Both the position numbers and the translations under genes were made by a program. DNA of 32,000 nt from Candidatus Helarchaeota ASGARD archaeon Hel_GB_B (lineage in GTDB: Archaea; Asgardarchaeota; Lokiarchaeia; Helarchaeales; HEL-GB-B): the NCBI GenBank assembly GCA_005191425.1, contig SUPR01000023.1, positions 1 through 32,000 of the forward strand. Direction: 5' to 3'. The stretch's first letter is position 1, and every line of letters begins with the position of its first letter. Positions 1-9,431 of this stretch are shown in pieces. The notes under the pieces were generated by a model. That model saw nothing but the letters and a program-made list of their open reading frames with translations. It did no database searches and had not been told where the DNA came from.

Positions 1-513
1 ACTCCAATCAATGATACTTGTAATAATAGCACCGGATTGTGATATTAAGGCAATATTACCTTCCAATGGATAAACATTAGTGAATGATGCATTTAAATTA
101 TTATGGACATCGATAAATCCCAATACATTGGGACCTAAAGCATTTATCCCATATTTTTTACATGTTTTATATAACTTTTTCTCTAAATTTGCACCTTCAA
201 TCCCAATCTCTTTAAAACCCGCAGTAATTATAACAATTTTTTTAATACCTTTTTTACCACATTCTTCTGCGACTTGAACACAGAATTTGGCTGGAATTAC
301 AAAAATTGCAAGGTCAATATTATTTGGGATCGAAAGTACGCTTGGATAACATTTTAATCCAAGTATATTTTCTTCTTTTAAATTGATTGGAAAGACTTCA
401 CCTTTAAATTTCTCGATTATATTTTTTAATATGGCAAATCCTACTTTTTTTGGATTTTTTGAAGCCCCAATTATAGCTACCGAATTGATATCAAAGAAAT
501 TCCCAAGTCGCAT
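1..513 (-). CDS. ADP-forming acetate/acyl-CoA ligase alpha-type subunit (CoA-binding domain); runs off the window start
   Basis: Not in the ORF track; translated by hand from ATG at 513: MRLGNFFDINSVAIIGASKNPKKVGFAILKNI...FPIN...CYPSVLSIPNNIDLAIFVIPA...IITAGFKE...LGPNVLG...IALISQSGAI. The GAS, SQSGA and GPN motifs are typical of the AcdA family. Confidence 0.88.
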   Translation of the reverse strand, partial: MRLGNFFDINSVAIIGASKNPKKVGFAILKNIIEKFKGEVFPINLKEENILGLKCYPSVLSIPNNIDLAIFVIPAKFCVQVAEECGKKGIKKIVIITAGFKEIGIEGANLEKKLYKTCKKYGINALGPNVLGFIDVHNNLNASFTNVYPLEGNIALISQSGAIITSIIDWS

Positions 514-643
514 TAACTTAAAATAGTAAGTTATTTGCTTAAATATAATTTGGTTAATATAACTAATACAAAGAAAATAGATCAAAAATAAAAAAATTTT
601 AAAAGAGATATATAAATGAAAAGAGATACAATAAAATACCTAT

Positions 644-1051
644 TTATTTTGAGTTATTTATCTTTTTTTCAATTTTTGGACATATAAAGGATATTAAACC
701 TGCTGAAATTCCCCAAAGTATTGATACCCAGAAGCCGCCACCACATATTATTGAGAAAATTGAGATTACCATGACAATAATACCCCCGATAAAATATTTT
801 CTCATAAAAATTAGAACTCCACCAACGATAATAATTGCTGCACTTAAAAAAGAGAGAACTACAGCTAATATTACACCGGAAACACCAACATAGAGAAAAT
901 TAAAAGGGGCAGTTAAATCTTGTACCCATGATTCACCAAGCGCTAAGTCAAATACCATATATAAGATACCCTCTAATATTAACCAAAATCCTGAAACTAT
1001 AGCTAAAGTAGCAGTTGCACCTGCTGTAGCGGGTTTTTTAATTTCAGTCAT
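644..1051 (-). CDS. Small integral membrane protein (about 4 hydrophobic segments), function unknown
   Basis: Track ORF 644-1063. The likelier start is ATG at 1051, 9 nt after a GAGGTG Shine-Dalgarno next to the hdrA stop. The sequence is hydrophobic and Gly-rich (LIVGGVLIF, IICGGGFW). Confidence 0.75.
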   Translation of the reverse strand: MTEIKKPATAGATATLAIVSGFWLILEGILYMVFDLALGESWVQDLTAPFNFLYVGVSGVILAVVLSFLSAAIIIVGGVLIFMRKYFIGGIIVMVISIFSIICGGGFWVSILWGISAGLISFICPKIEKKINNSK

Positions 1052-1070
1052 TAAATATAACACCTCTTTA

Positions 1071-3056
1071 TTATAATTCTTCTAAAGCGGAAAGAATTTG
1101 AGCAAAAACTTGTTGATCATTAAAGTGACATTGTGATATTGCGCTATTTGGACAAGCAGCTGCGCATGTTCCGCAGCCTTTACATAGAACTTGATTGATT
1201 GAGGACACTAAATGACTTTTTCCAGGGGCTCTTACCATAGAAATAGCTTGATATGGACATAAATTAACACATGTTCTGCAACCTGTACATTTTGTTATGT
1301 CTACCACTGAATAATAAGGTTCAATTTCAACTTTGCCTTTGCCCATTAGAGCTATAGCACTTGCTGCGGCACCTTTGGCTTGAGCGACTGTATCAGGTAT
1401 ATCTTTGGGCCCTTGAGCAACACCTGCAACAAAAATACCGTCTGATAGTGTATCTACAGGTCTTAATTTAGGATGTGCTTCCATAATAAAGCCCATATCA
1501 GTTGATAACCTCAAAATACCGATAATTTCTTTAGCATCTTCTCTTGCCACGATTGCTGTTGCTAAAACTACCATATTTACCTCTAATTCTATTAAACGAT
1601 TTAAAAACGTGTCTTCCAATCTAGCAATTAAATTTTTCGTTTTTGGGTCTTCTCTAATTTCTGCGACTCTACCTCTAATATAATTTACACCATATTCTCT
1701 TTGAACAATCTCATAAAATTCTTCATAGCCTTTACCGAATGCCCTAACATCGATAAAAGACACATAGATTTCTGCTTCAGGATGTTTTTCTTTATATTGT
1801 CTTGCTTGTTTTGCGGTATACATACAACAGACTCTACTACAATATGGCATCTGTCCATCTTGTAGATTTCTTGACCCTACACAATGAATAAATAATACTT
1901 TTTTAGGTTCAGTAAGGTCAGAAGGACGTTTTACTTTACCACCAGTTGGTCCGAAACTACTAAGTAATCGTTCCATTTGAATTCCGGTAATAACATTTTC
2001 ATATCGTCCATATCCATATTCCTCTATTTTTGGAATATACGGGTCATAACCAGTGGTAATAATAATTGTTCCGATTTTTAAGGTAAGTGTTTCGGGTTTT
2101 TGGTCAAAGTCAATAGCTTTAGATTCACATACGCGTATGCATAATCCACATTCTATACATTTATCTCTATCAATAGTATAAATTAGGGGTACAGCTTGTG
2201 GAAATGGTAAATATGCGGCTTTTCGTGGTGCCATACCTTGATCAAATTCATTTGGTGCATAAACTGGGCAAATTTGAGCGCATTCACCACAACCTGTACA
2301 TTTATCTTCAATAATATATCTAGGCTTTTTTTCAACAGTAACTTCAAAATTGCCAACAAATCCTTCTACATTTTTAACTTCAGAATATGTTAAAAGTTCA
2401 ATATTTGGGTGTTGCCCAGTATCGACCATTTTTGGTGTTAGGATACATGCACTACAGTCCATTGTGGGAAAAGTTTTGTCCAGTTGTGCCATTCTACCCC
2501 CGATTGTAGTGTCTTTTTCGATAATATATGTTTTATATCCAGCAGTTGCAAGATCTAATGCTGCACTAATACCAGCGATACCCCCACCGACAATTAGACA
2601 AGTCGGTTCTACATCGACCTCTTGAGCTAATAATGATTGAAGATTTTTCGCTTTAGCAACTGCTATTCGTACGTGATCTTTTGCTATTTGTAGAGCTTTA
2701 TCTGGTTGTTTCATATGTACCCAACTATCTTGTTCTCGTATATTGGCTTGTTCAAAGAGGAATTGATTAAGACCAGCTTCTCTACATACTCTTCTAAAGG
2801 TCGCTTCATGCATTCTAGGTGAACACGCTGCCACAACTACCCTATTAAGATTTTCTTCCTTTATCTTTTGTTTTATCAATTCTTGACCGGGGTCAGAACA
2901 CATAAAACGATAATCAGTGGCAAATACAACTCCTGGAATTTTTTTAGCATATTCAACTAATTTTTCAGGAGAAACTACCGCAGCAATATTTGTACCACAA
3001 TGACAAACAAAAACCCCGACTCTTATTTCATCATTTTTATCAGTTTTTTCTACCAA
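1071..3056 (-). CDS. hdrA: Heterodisulfide reductase subunit A (FAD, multiple [4Fe-4S])
   Basis: N-terminal CHCG...CS...ACSP, FAD motif GGGIAG, DKTFPTMDCSAC, four CxxCxxCxxxC ferredoxin motifs and CVGSR...CSRVCCMYTAK. TTG start after AGGTG. Confidence 0.95.
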   Translation of the reverse strand: MVEKTDKNDEIRVGVFVCHCGTNIAAVVSPEKLVEYAKKIPGVVFATDYRFMCSDPGQELIKQKIKEENLNRVVVAACSPRMHEATFRRVCREAGLNQFLFEQANIREQDSWVHMKQPDKALQIAKDHVRIAVAKAKNLQSLLAQEVDVEPTCLIVGGGIAGISAALDLATAGYKTYIIEKDTTIGGRMAQLDKTFPTMDCSACILTPKMVDTGQHPNIELLTYSEVKNVEGFVGNFEVTVEKKPRYIIEDKCTGCGECAQICPVYAPNEFDQGMAPRKAAYLPFPQAVPLIYTIDRDKCIECGLCIRVCESKAIDFDQKPETLTLKIGTIIITTGYDPYIPKIEEYGYGRYENVITGIQMERLLSSFGPTGGKVKRPSDLTEPKKVLFIHCVGSRNLQDGQMPYCSRVCCMYTAKQARQYKEKHPEAEIYVSFIDVRAFGKGYEEFYEIVQREYGVNYIRGRVAEIREDPKTKNLIARLEDTFLNRLIELEVNMVVLATAIVAREDAKEIIGILRLSTDMGFIMEAHPKLRPVDTLSDGIFVAGVAQGPKDIPDTVAQAKGAAASAIALMGKGKVEIEPYYSVVDITKCTGCRTCVNLCPYQAISMVRAPGKSHLVSSINQVLCKGCGTCAAACPNSAISQCHFNDQQVFAQILSALEEL

Positions 3057-3443
3057 ATTTGTGCACCTGTAATTATATACTTCAAATTATCGTAATGAAA
3101 ATTATTCTAATTATATAATCGTATATGGCTAAATTTTTATTCGTCTCGTTATAATACTAAATATTAGATTTAAAACTTTTACTGAATTTAAGATTTTTTA
3201 TGTTAATAATAAAATCAGCCAGATTCATTTCAAAAATGTCCTATAAAATAAAGGTTAAATTTTTACCCGAGATTAATAATAAAATAAGTAAATTTAAAGG
3301 TGTTAAAAAATTAATTTTTTTTTTAATATATTATTATATAACAATGAACAAAAGATTTAATTAATTTAATGATTTTAACACATTAAATCCGTCTCATCTT
3401 AATTGGAAAAAATAAAAGAAATAAAAATAACACAAAAAATTGG

Positions 3444-4412
3444 ATGAAAATAATGAAGTTATCGGAATTATTATTAAAAGATTCAATGAAATTTACATTA
3501 TTTGGAGGTAAGGGGGGTGTAGGAAAAACAACTTGTGCTTCTGCTAGTGCTATATGGGCTGCAGATCATGGGAGAGAAACTTTAATAATAAGTACCGATC
3601 CTGCTCATTCACTTAGCGATAGTTTTAATTTGGACTTAAGTGGTGGAGAGGTAATACCAGTTCCAGGATTTGAAAATCTTTATGGGCTAGAGATCAACCC
3701 AAAATTAGAATTTAAAAAATATCAAGAAACAGTTCAAGCATCACCAGTAGATATCCCAGAAGAATTATCTGGATTTATGGGTGGTATGGACGAGTTTTCA
3801 TCGTTAACACCTCCAGGGTCTGATGAAGCATTAGCTTTTTCAAAAGTACTAGAATTTATTCAGAGCGGTGAATATGAATATATAATTTTTGATACTGCAC
3901 CCAGTGGACATACTTTAAGATTATTAAGTTTACCAGATGTCCTTGACAGCTTTTTTGGTAAAATCATTAAAATGAGAATGAAATTTGGACAAATATGGGG
4001 AAAATTAAAAGGTTTATTTAGTAGGGGACAAGATGAAGGCCCAAGTAAACTTGAAATGCTAGAAGATCTGAAGGCAAAAATTGAAGCGGCATCAAATGAA
4101 CTCTCAGATCCAAGTAAAACAGAATTTGTCATCGTTATGATCCCGGAAATGATGGCTATTCTTGAGACGGAACGACTTTTATCTACATTATATGAATATG
4201 AAATTCCAGTCCATAACATCATTATAAATATGATCTTACCACCGAACCCAGATTGTAAATTTTGTAGTTCTAGACGAATAATGCAACAAAAAAATCTGGT
4301 AGAAATTAGAAATTTATATGACGATTTTAATTTAATAGAGCTATTACTCCAACCGAATGAAATAAGAGGGTTAGACTCGCTTAGGGACTTAGGAAAAATT
4401 TTAATTGAATAA
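3444..4412 (+). CDS. TRC40/GET3/ArsA family ATPase, single-domain Get3-like
   Basis: Deviant Walker A GGKGGVGKTT, STDPAHSLSD, DTAPSGHTLRLL and a C-terminal CKFC. Confidence 0.92.
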   Translation: MKIMKLSELLLKDSMKFTLFGGKGGVGKTTCASASAIWAADHGRETLIISTDPAHSLSDSFNLDLSGGEVIPVPGFENLYGLEINPKLEFKKYQETVQASPVDIPEELSGFMGGMDEFSSLTPPGSDEALAFSKVLEFIQSGEYEYIIFDTAPSGHTLRLLSLPDVLDSFFGKIIKMRMKFGQIWGKLKGLFSRGQDEGPSKLEMLEDLKAKIEAASNELSDPSKTEFVIVMIPEMMAILETERLLSTLYEYEIPVHNIIINMILPPNPDCKFCSSRRIMQQKNLVEIRNLYDDFNLIELLLQPNEIRGLDSLRDLGKILIE

Positions 4413-4423
4413 AAATAAAATGT

Positions 4424-5104
4424 TCAGTCCTCTATTAAAGATCCACTTTTTAATTTTAAAATTCGAGAGGCAAAAGACGCAATCATTGAATCGTGGGTCA
4501 CCATAACAAGTGTTTTTCGTTCTTTTTTGATAATATCACATAGTATTTTTATTATTTTTATACCAGTGTCTTCATCTAAATCACCAGTAGGCTCATCAGC
4601 AAGGATTAATAATGGATCATTAGCAAGAGCACGAGCTATTGCGACACGTTGTTGTTCACCGCCCGACAGTTCGTCAGGTTTGTGATAAATTCGTTTATTT
4701 AGCCCAACAATTTTTAAAAGATATTCAGCCCTTTTTAACCTATCATGCTTTTTTATTTTGCCTGCTATTAACATTGGTAACTCTACATTATCTATCGCAG
4801 TCATAAATGGGATTAAATTATAAAATTGAAAAATATGTGCAAGATAAAATCGCCTTAATTTAACTAGCTCTTTTTTATTAAGTTCAGTTATATCTTCACC
4901 GTTAATATATATTTTTCCAGAAGTAGGTGTATCAAGACACCCAATTAAATTAAGAAGGGTTGTTTTTCCACTACCTGAGGGGCCCATTATGGCTAGGATT
5001 TCCCCGTTTTTTATGGACATATTTATATTTTTCAATGCAAATATTTCCAAATCACCTAATTGATATTTTTTGTATAAATTACGGATTTCTACAATGTTTT
5101 CCAT
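4424..5104 (-). CDS. ABC transporter ATP-binding protein, LolD/MacB type
   Basis: Walker A GPSGSGKTT, Q-loop HIFQFYNL, signature LSGGEQQR, Walker B LILADEPTG and H-loop VTHD. Confidence 0.93.
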   Translation of the reverse strand: MENIVEIRNLYKKYQLGDLEIFALKNINMSIKNGEILAIMGPSGSGKTTLLNLIGCLDTPTSGKIYINGEDITELNKKELVKLRRFYLAHIFQFYNLIPFMTAIDNVELPMLIAGKIKKHDRLKRAEYLLKIVGLNKRIYHKPDELSGGEQQRVAIARALANDPLLILADEPTGDLDEDTGIKIIKILCDIIKKERKTLVMVTHDSMIASFASRILKLKSGSLIED

Positions 5105-5136
5105 ATTTTCACGCTTATTTTTTATTTTTTAACAAA

Positions 5137-5556
5137 TTATTCTCCAATTATCGTAATTATTAACTTACGAGACCTGTTCCGAGTATCTAACTCTACAAAA
5201 CAGATTTGCTGCCAAGTCCCCAATGTAAGAGAGGAATTTGAAAAAGGCACCGTTAAAGAGGGGCCTAATAAACTTGCTCGTACATGTGAATGACCATTGT
5301 CATCGTGCCACGTTTCATGATGATAATAATATTCCTTTTTAGGAGCAACTCGCTCTAGCATCAGTGGAAAATCTTTTTTTAACCCAGGTTCATATTCAAT
5401 TGTAATGATACTACCAGTAGCGCCTGGAATAAAAATATTAATAATACCGTTTTTAACACCAGATTTTAAAACTACATTTTGAACCTTTGATGTTATATCG
5501 ACCATATCAACTTCTCCAGAAGTTGAAATATTAATTGTATCTTTAACTACAACCAT
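5137..5556 (-). CDS. yjbQ: YjbQ/UPF0047 family protein (secondary thiamine-phosphate synthase family), GATG variant
   Basis: DMVDIT, GATGSIITIEYEPGL, DNGHSHVRASLLG and LGTWQQICFVELD. Confidence 0.88.
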   Translation of the reverse strand: MVVVKDTINISTSGEVDMVDITSKVQNVVLKSGVKNGIINIFIPGATGSIITIEYEPGLKKDFPLMLERVAPKKEYYYHHETWHDDNGHSHVRASLLGPSLTVPFSNSSLTLGTWQQICFVELDTRNRSRKLIITIIGE

Positions 5557-5633
5557 TTCCTATTCACGTCCTTATTTTTTATTTAAAAGAAATAATTTTT
5601 ATTATATATTAAAGATATTAATTTTTGGTGATT

Positions 5634-6044
5634 ATGATAAATATTGATATTAAAAAATTACAAATAAAAACAAATAAATCTATTGAACTGATTGATATAA
5701 CACAAAAAATAAACGATTTCATAAGAGAATCAGATATAAAAAATGGATTTCTATTAGTTTATACAAAACACACAACAACTGGGATAATAATAAACGAGAA
5801 TGAAGGTAGATTACTAGAAGATATTAAAAATACACTACAAAAATTGGTGCCTCGTGGTATAGGATATAAACATGACCAGATAGATAATAATGCCCATTCA
5901 CATATTTTAGCCACATTAATTGGTAATTCAATAAGCATTCCCATTATAAATAGCTCTTTAGCGCTGGGTACATGGCAATCTATTTTATTTGTCGAATTAG
6001 ATGGCCCTCGGAATAGGACTATTATATTACAACTATTTTTCTAA
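5634..6044 (+). CDS. yjbQ: YjbQ/UPF0047 family protein, canonical HTT variant
   Basis: ELIDIT, HTTTGIIINENE, NAHSHILATLIG and LGTWQSILFVELDGPR. ATG at 5634 follows GGTGA (track start 5625). Confidence 0.88.
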   Translation: MINIDIKKLQIKTNKSIELIDITQKINDFIRESDIKNGFLLVYTKHTTTGIIINENEGRLLEDIKNTLQKLVPRGIGYKHDQIDNNAHSHILATLIGNSISIPIINSSLALGTWQSILFVELDGPRNRTIILQLFF

Positions 6045-6086
6045 AATAAAAGTAAAGAAAAAATCATTTTTTCAAAAAAATATAAA

Positions 6087-7280
6087 TTAGAAGGAATTAA
6101 TTATCTTTGAGAATATTTCAATACAATATTTTAAATTGTCCCAAGATTGTCCATATGTTGAAAGCTTTATGGTTTTTGTAAGACCTGGTTGGATTCCCCA
6201 AATTTTATTTCTCTTTAATTCTTCATATAAAAAAAATCCTTTTCGAGGATGTTTATCACTAATTTTTTGAAATGCAGGAGTTTCAAATTTTAAAATATCG
6301 TGCTGATGTGGTTTTTGACCCATTTGATATATTTCACCAAGATTTTCCATAGCTTTACTGAAAAATTGAGCTTTTTTAACTTCATCATCCCATTTTTTTA
6401 CTCTATTAATTACATGCGGAAAAGCTGCCATAATCCCCATCGTTATTACTCCAGGAAGAGTACAACCTAGTAGTTCTATTTCTTTATTATGAAATGTTCG
6501 TTTACTCCATTCACTTTGAATTTCCGAACTCTTAAAAATTATTTTATCATAAGGTTCATTTACTAAAAGTAGTCCACTAGGCGCAGGAGATGCGAATGAT
6601 TTATGGAGTGATGCAGTCATTACATCGGCGCCTAATTTTTTCCCAGAAATTGGCATACGTCCAATACTATAGGCGCCATTTATAACTAATGGAATATCAT
6701 TTTCATGAGCAATTTTAGATATTTCTTTAGTATCATTTAGATTTCCATAATTATAATCTACGTGAGTTAAAAAAAGTAATTTCGGTTTTTTGCCCGTGTT
6801 ATTTTTAATTTTTTGAATTAAATCACTAACAATATCAAAATTTAATTCATAGAGTGGTCCACCATTATGAGGTATTTCTACAATATTAACTCCAGCGCGT
6901 TCGGCACTGATATAGGTGGTATAATGAGCAAGAGAATCTACGATTATAGTGTCATTTGGAGATGTTAATGCATGTATGGTAGAAAATTGTGCTTGGCGGC
7001 AGCCAGGTGTTAACCGTGCTGAATCCATATCACAAAATATAGCTAAATCTTCATGTAAATCACAGATTGGTGGGGTAGAAATTTCATTTAATTTGCCTGT
7101 TAAACAAAAATCACAAGTAGAATATCCATCAATAAAATCAATAATAGTCTGTAAAACTTTTGGGTCATTAGGTATTCTTCCACCGGCTTGTATAGGATGT
7201 AAATTAATATAATTTTCCTCTATATCTCTAGATATATTTCTATATTTTTGGAGATAGCCTTTTGTAAATTTATTCATCAT
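6087..7280 (-). CDS. pscS: O-phospho-L-seryl-tRNA:Cys-tRNA synthase (SepCysS)
   Basis: INLHPIQAGGRIP, DGYSTCDFC, AHYTTYISAE, PLP-lysine motif ASLHKSFASPAPSG and ELLGCT. Confidence 0.92.
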   Translation of the reverse strand: MMNKFTKGYLQKYRNISRDIEENYINLHPIQAGGRIPNDPKVLQTIIDFIDGYSTCDFCLTGKLNEISTPPICDLHEDLAIFCDMDSARLTPGCRQAQFSTIHALTSPNDTIIVDSLAHYTTYISAERAGVNIVEIPHNGGPLYELNFDIVSDLIQKIKNNTGKKPKLLFLTHVDYNYGNLNDTKEISKIAHENDIPLVINGAYSIGRMPISGKKLGADVMTASLHKSFASPAPSGLLLVNEPYDKIIFKSSEIQSEWSKRTFHNKEIELLGCTLPGVITMGIMAAFPHVINRVKKWDDEVKKAQFFSKAMENLGEIYQMGQKPHQHDILKFETPAFQKISDKHPRKGFFLYEELKRNKIWGIQPGLTKTIKLSTYGQSWDNLKYCIEIFSKIINSF

Positions 7281-8160
7281 GAGGATTACCTTTTTTATAA
7301 AGAATATTTTCGATTATCAATGAACATGCTAATTTTGCTGTTATTAGCGAAGAATCCATTCTTGGGTTGTATTCAACTATGTCCATTCCATTTGAAATGG
7401 GACCTAAAGACCGAATTATCTGTAATATTTCTCGCGATGTAAAACCACCAGGCTCAGGAACTGAAACTCCAGGAGCAAATGCAGGGTCAATTACATCAAG
7501 GTCTAAACTTAGATATAGATATTTTATATTTTTAAATTGATTTTTTAAAATTGATATGATATTATTTAGACCAATTTTCTCAATATAATTCATAGAATAA
7601 ATTGATGGGATTGTATCCTTAGCACTTTTAATTTCTTCAGCTCCTTGTGTATTCCCATGAACCCCAATAATTGCAATATTATCAGGTCTAATATTTTCAA
7701 TCTCAATAATTCGACGTAAAGATGTAGCCATATTATATTTTTGACCTTTAGGATATTCGTCCATAAAATCTAAATGAGAATCAATCCAAATAAGTCCCAC
7801 ATCTTTTTTGTGACAATTTAAACCTTTAATAATAGGGTATGTAATAAGATGAGTCCCACCAATATAAATTGGATATGCATTTATTGAAGAAATTTGAGAA
7901 GATATCTTTTCTATTTCTTCCATAAAAGATTTTAAGTCATTATAATGTTTAATATCACCATAATCTAATACATTAAAATCGTAAAAATTTTTGAATATTT
8001 CATAATTCACTCCAGAAAATTGAAGTGATGCTTCACGTATTGTTTTTGGGCCATCTATTGCTCCATTTCCATAAATTGCCCCATAATCTGAAGACACGCC
8101 AATTATTACAGTATCATTTTCTGTTAAATTTTCTATCTTATCTAAATTGTATGTACCCAT
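7270..8160 (-). CDS. Ureohydrolase (agmatinase/arginase family), substrate uncertain
   Basis: GAIDGPKTIREAS, GGTH, WIDSHLD, SLDLDVIDPAFAPGV and DIVEYNP. Overlaps the pscS start by 11 nt. Confidence 0.88.
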   Translation of the reverse strand: MGTYNLDKIENLTENDTVIIGVSSDYGAIYGNGAIDGPKTIREASLQFSGVNYEIFKNFYDFNVLDYGDIKHYNDLKSFMEEIEKISSQISSINAYPIYIGGTHLITYPIIKGLNCHKKDVGLIWIDSHLDFMDEYPKGQKYNMATSLRRIIEIENIRPDNIAIIGVHGNTQGAEEIKSAKDTIPSIYSMNYIEKIGLNNIISILKNQFKNIKYLYLSLDLDVIDPAFAPGVSVPEPGGFTSREILQIIRSLGPISNGMDIVEYNPRMDSSLITAKLACSLIIENILYKKGNPHDE

Positions 8161-8406
8161 GAAAATGATAATACACCTCTTGAAATTATCTTTATTTTAT
8201 AGTTATATATTTTATTACTATCTTTAAGAAAAGTTTTTTAATCTCTAAATATTTATTTTGGATAAATAGGTTTATTTCCATTAATAAATACATTTTATTG
8301 ATTTGAACTAATTTATTTAATAAAATGAGTAATCTTTAAAAAAGAATTTTCTTTTAATACTACTCTAAACTATTCACATTCAAAACTAAAACTAGGATTG
8401 AATAAA

Positions 8407-9417
8407 ATGGGTCATAGAAAATTTCACGCACCAAGACATGGAAGTTTGCAATATTATCCAAGAAAAAGAGCTAGAGACCATGTTGGAAGATTTAGATCAT
8501 GGCCTGAAATTGATGGGCCTCCAAGAATTCTTGGATTTGCAGGTTATAAAGTTGGAATGACACATATTATAGCTATAGAAAATCGCAAAAATAGCCCATT
8601 CTATGGTCATGAACGATTTTTTGCAGTCACCATAATTGAATGTCCACCTTTAGTAGTTTTTGGTCTGAGATTATATAAAAATACTCATGATGGGCTGAAA
8701 TGTATCGGGGAAGCTTGGGAAGGTGAATTTAAAGATGAATTGGTCAGGTTAATAACTCTTCCTAAAGAATATGATAGTGATAAAGCACTTTTAGACTTGG
8801 AAGATAAATTAAAAATGGCAGATGAAATTAGAGTATTAGTCCATACGCAACCTAAATTGACTGGCATAGGTAAGAAGAAGCCCGAAATAATGGAATTTAA
8901 TGTTGGCGGCGGTACAATACCAGAAAGATGGACATATGTGAAAGAATTATTGGGTAAAGAATTAAAAGTTAGTGAAATTTTCGAATTGGGTAGTTATATT
9001 GATGTATCAGCAGTTTCAAAAGGCAAGGGTTATCAAGGAGTTATTAAAAGGTTCGGAATAAAAAGAAAACAACATAAATCTAATAAAACTGTAAGAGAAG
9101 TAGGGTGTATAGGGCCGTGGAAACCATCTCGCGTTATGTGGACTGTTCCACGAAGTGGTCAGATGGGATATCACCAGAGAGTGGAATATAATAAACAAAT
9201 AGTCAAGATTGGAATTGACCCTAAAGAAATTACACCTAAAGGTGATTTCCTCAAATATGGAGTGCTAAAAAACGATTACATTGTTATAAAAGGGTCAGTC
9301 CCAGGGCCCAGAAAAAGATTGATTAGGATGAGATTTCCTATAAGACTCCCGAAAAAGGCAACTTTAGCTACTCCAGAAATTGTTTATATCTCATTAGAAA
9401 GTAAACAAGGGAACTAA
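8407..9417 (+). CDS. rpl3: 50S ribosomal protein L3 (uL3)
   Basis: MGHRKFHAPRHGSLQYYPRKRA, FAGYKVGMTH, SKGKGYQGVIKRFG and GQMGYHQRVEYNK. ATG at 8407 (track start 8398). Confidence 0.97.
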   Translation: MGHRKFHAPRHGSLQYYPRKRARDHVGRFRSWPEIDGPPRILGFAGYKVGMTHIIAIENRKNSPFYGHERFFAVTIIECPPLVVFGLRLYKNTHDGLKCIGEAWEGEFKDELVRLITLPKEYDSDKALLDLEDKLKMADEIRVLVHTQPKLTGIGKKKPEIMEFNVGGGTIPERWTYVKELLGKELKVSEIFELGSYIDVSAVSKGKGYQGVIKRFGIKRKQHKSNKTVREVGCIGPWKPSRVMWTVPRSGQMGYHQRVEYNKQIVKIGIDPKEITPKGDFLKYGVLKNDYIVIKGSVPGPRKRLIRMRFPIRLPKKATLATPEIVYISLESKQGN

Positions 9418-9431
9418 CAAGAGGTTTAAAA

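Noticed and set aside
80-277. 65-aa plus-strand ORF
   Set aside because: It is antisense to the well-supported acyl-CoA ligase gene at 1-513.
2430-2470. Possible selenocysteine in HdrA
   Set aside because: Both codons of the DCSAC motif are TGT and the ORF has no in-frame TGA, so I did not pursue a SECIS.
2350-2625. This and the other short opposite-strand ORFs nested inside annotated genes across the window
   Set aside because: All overlap strongly supported genes on the other strand and lack starts or motifs suggesting independent coding.
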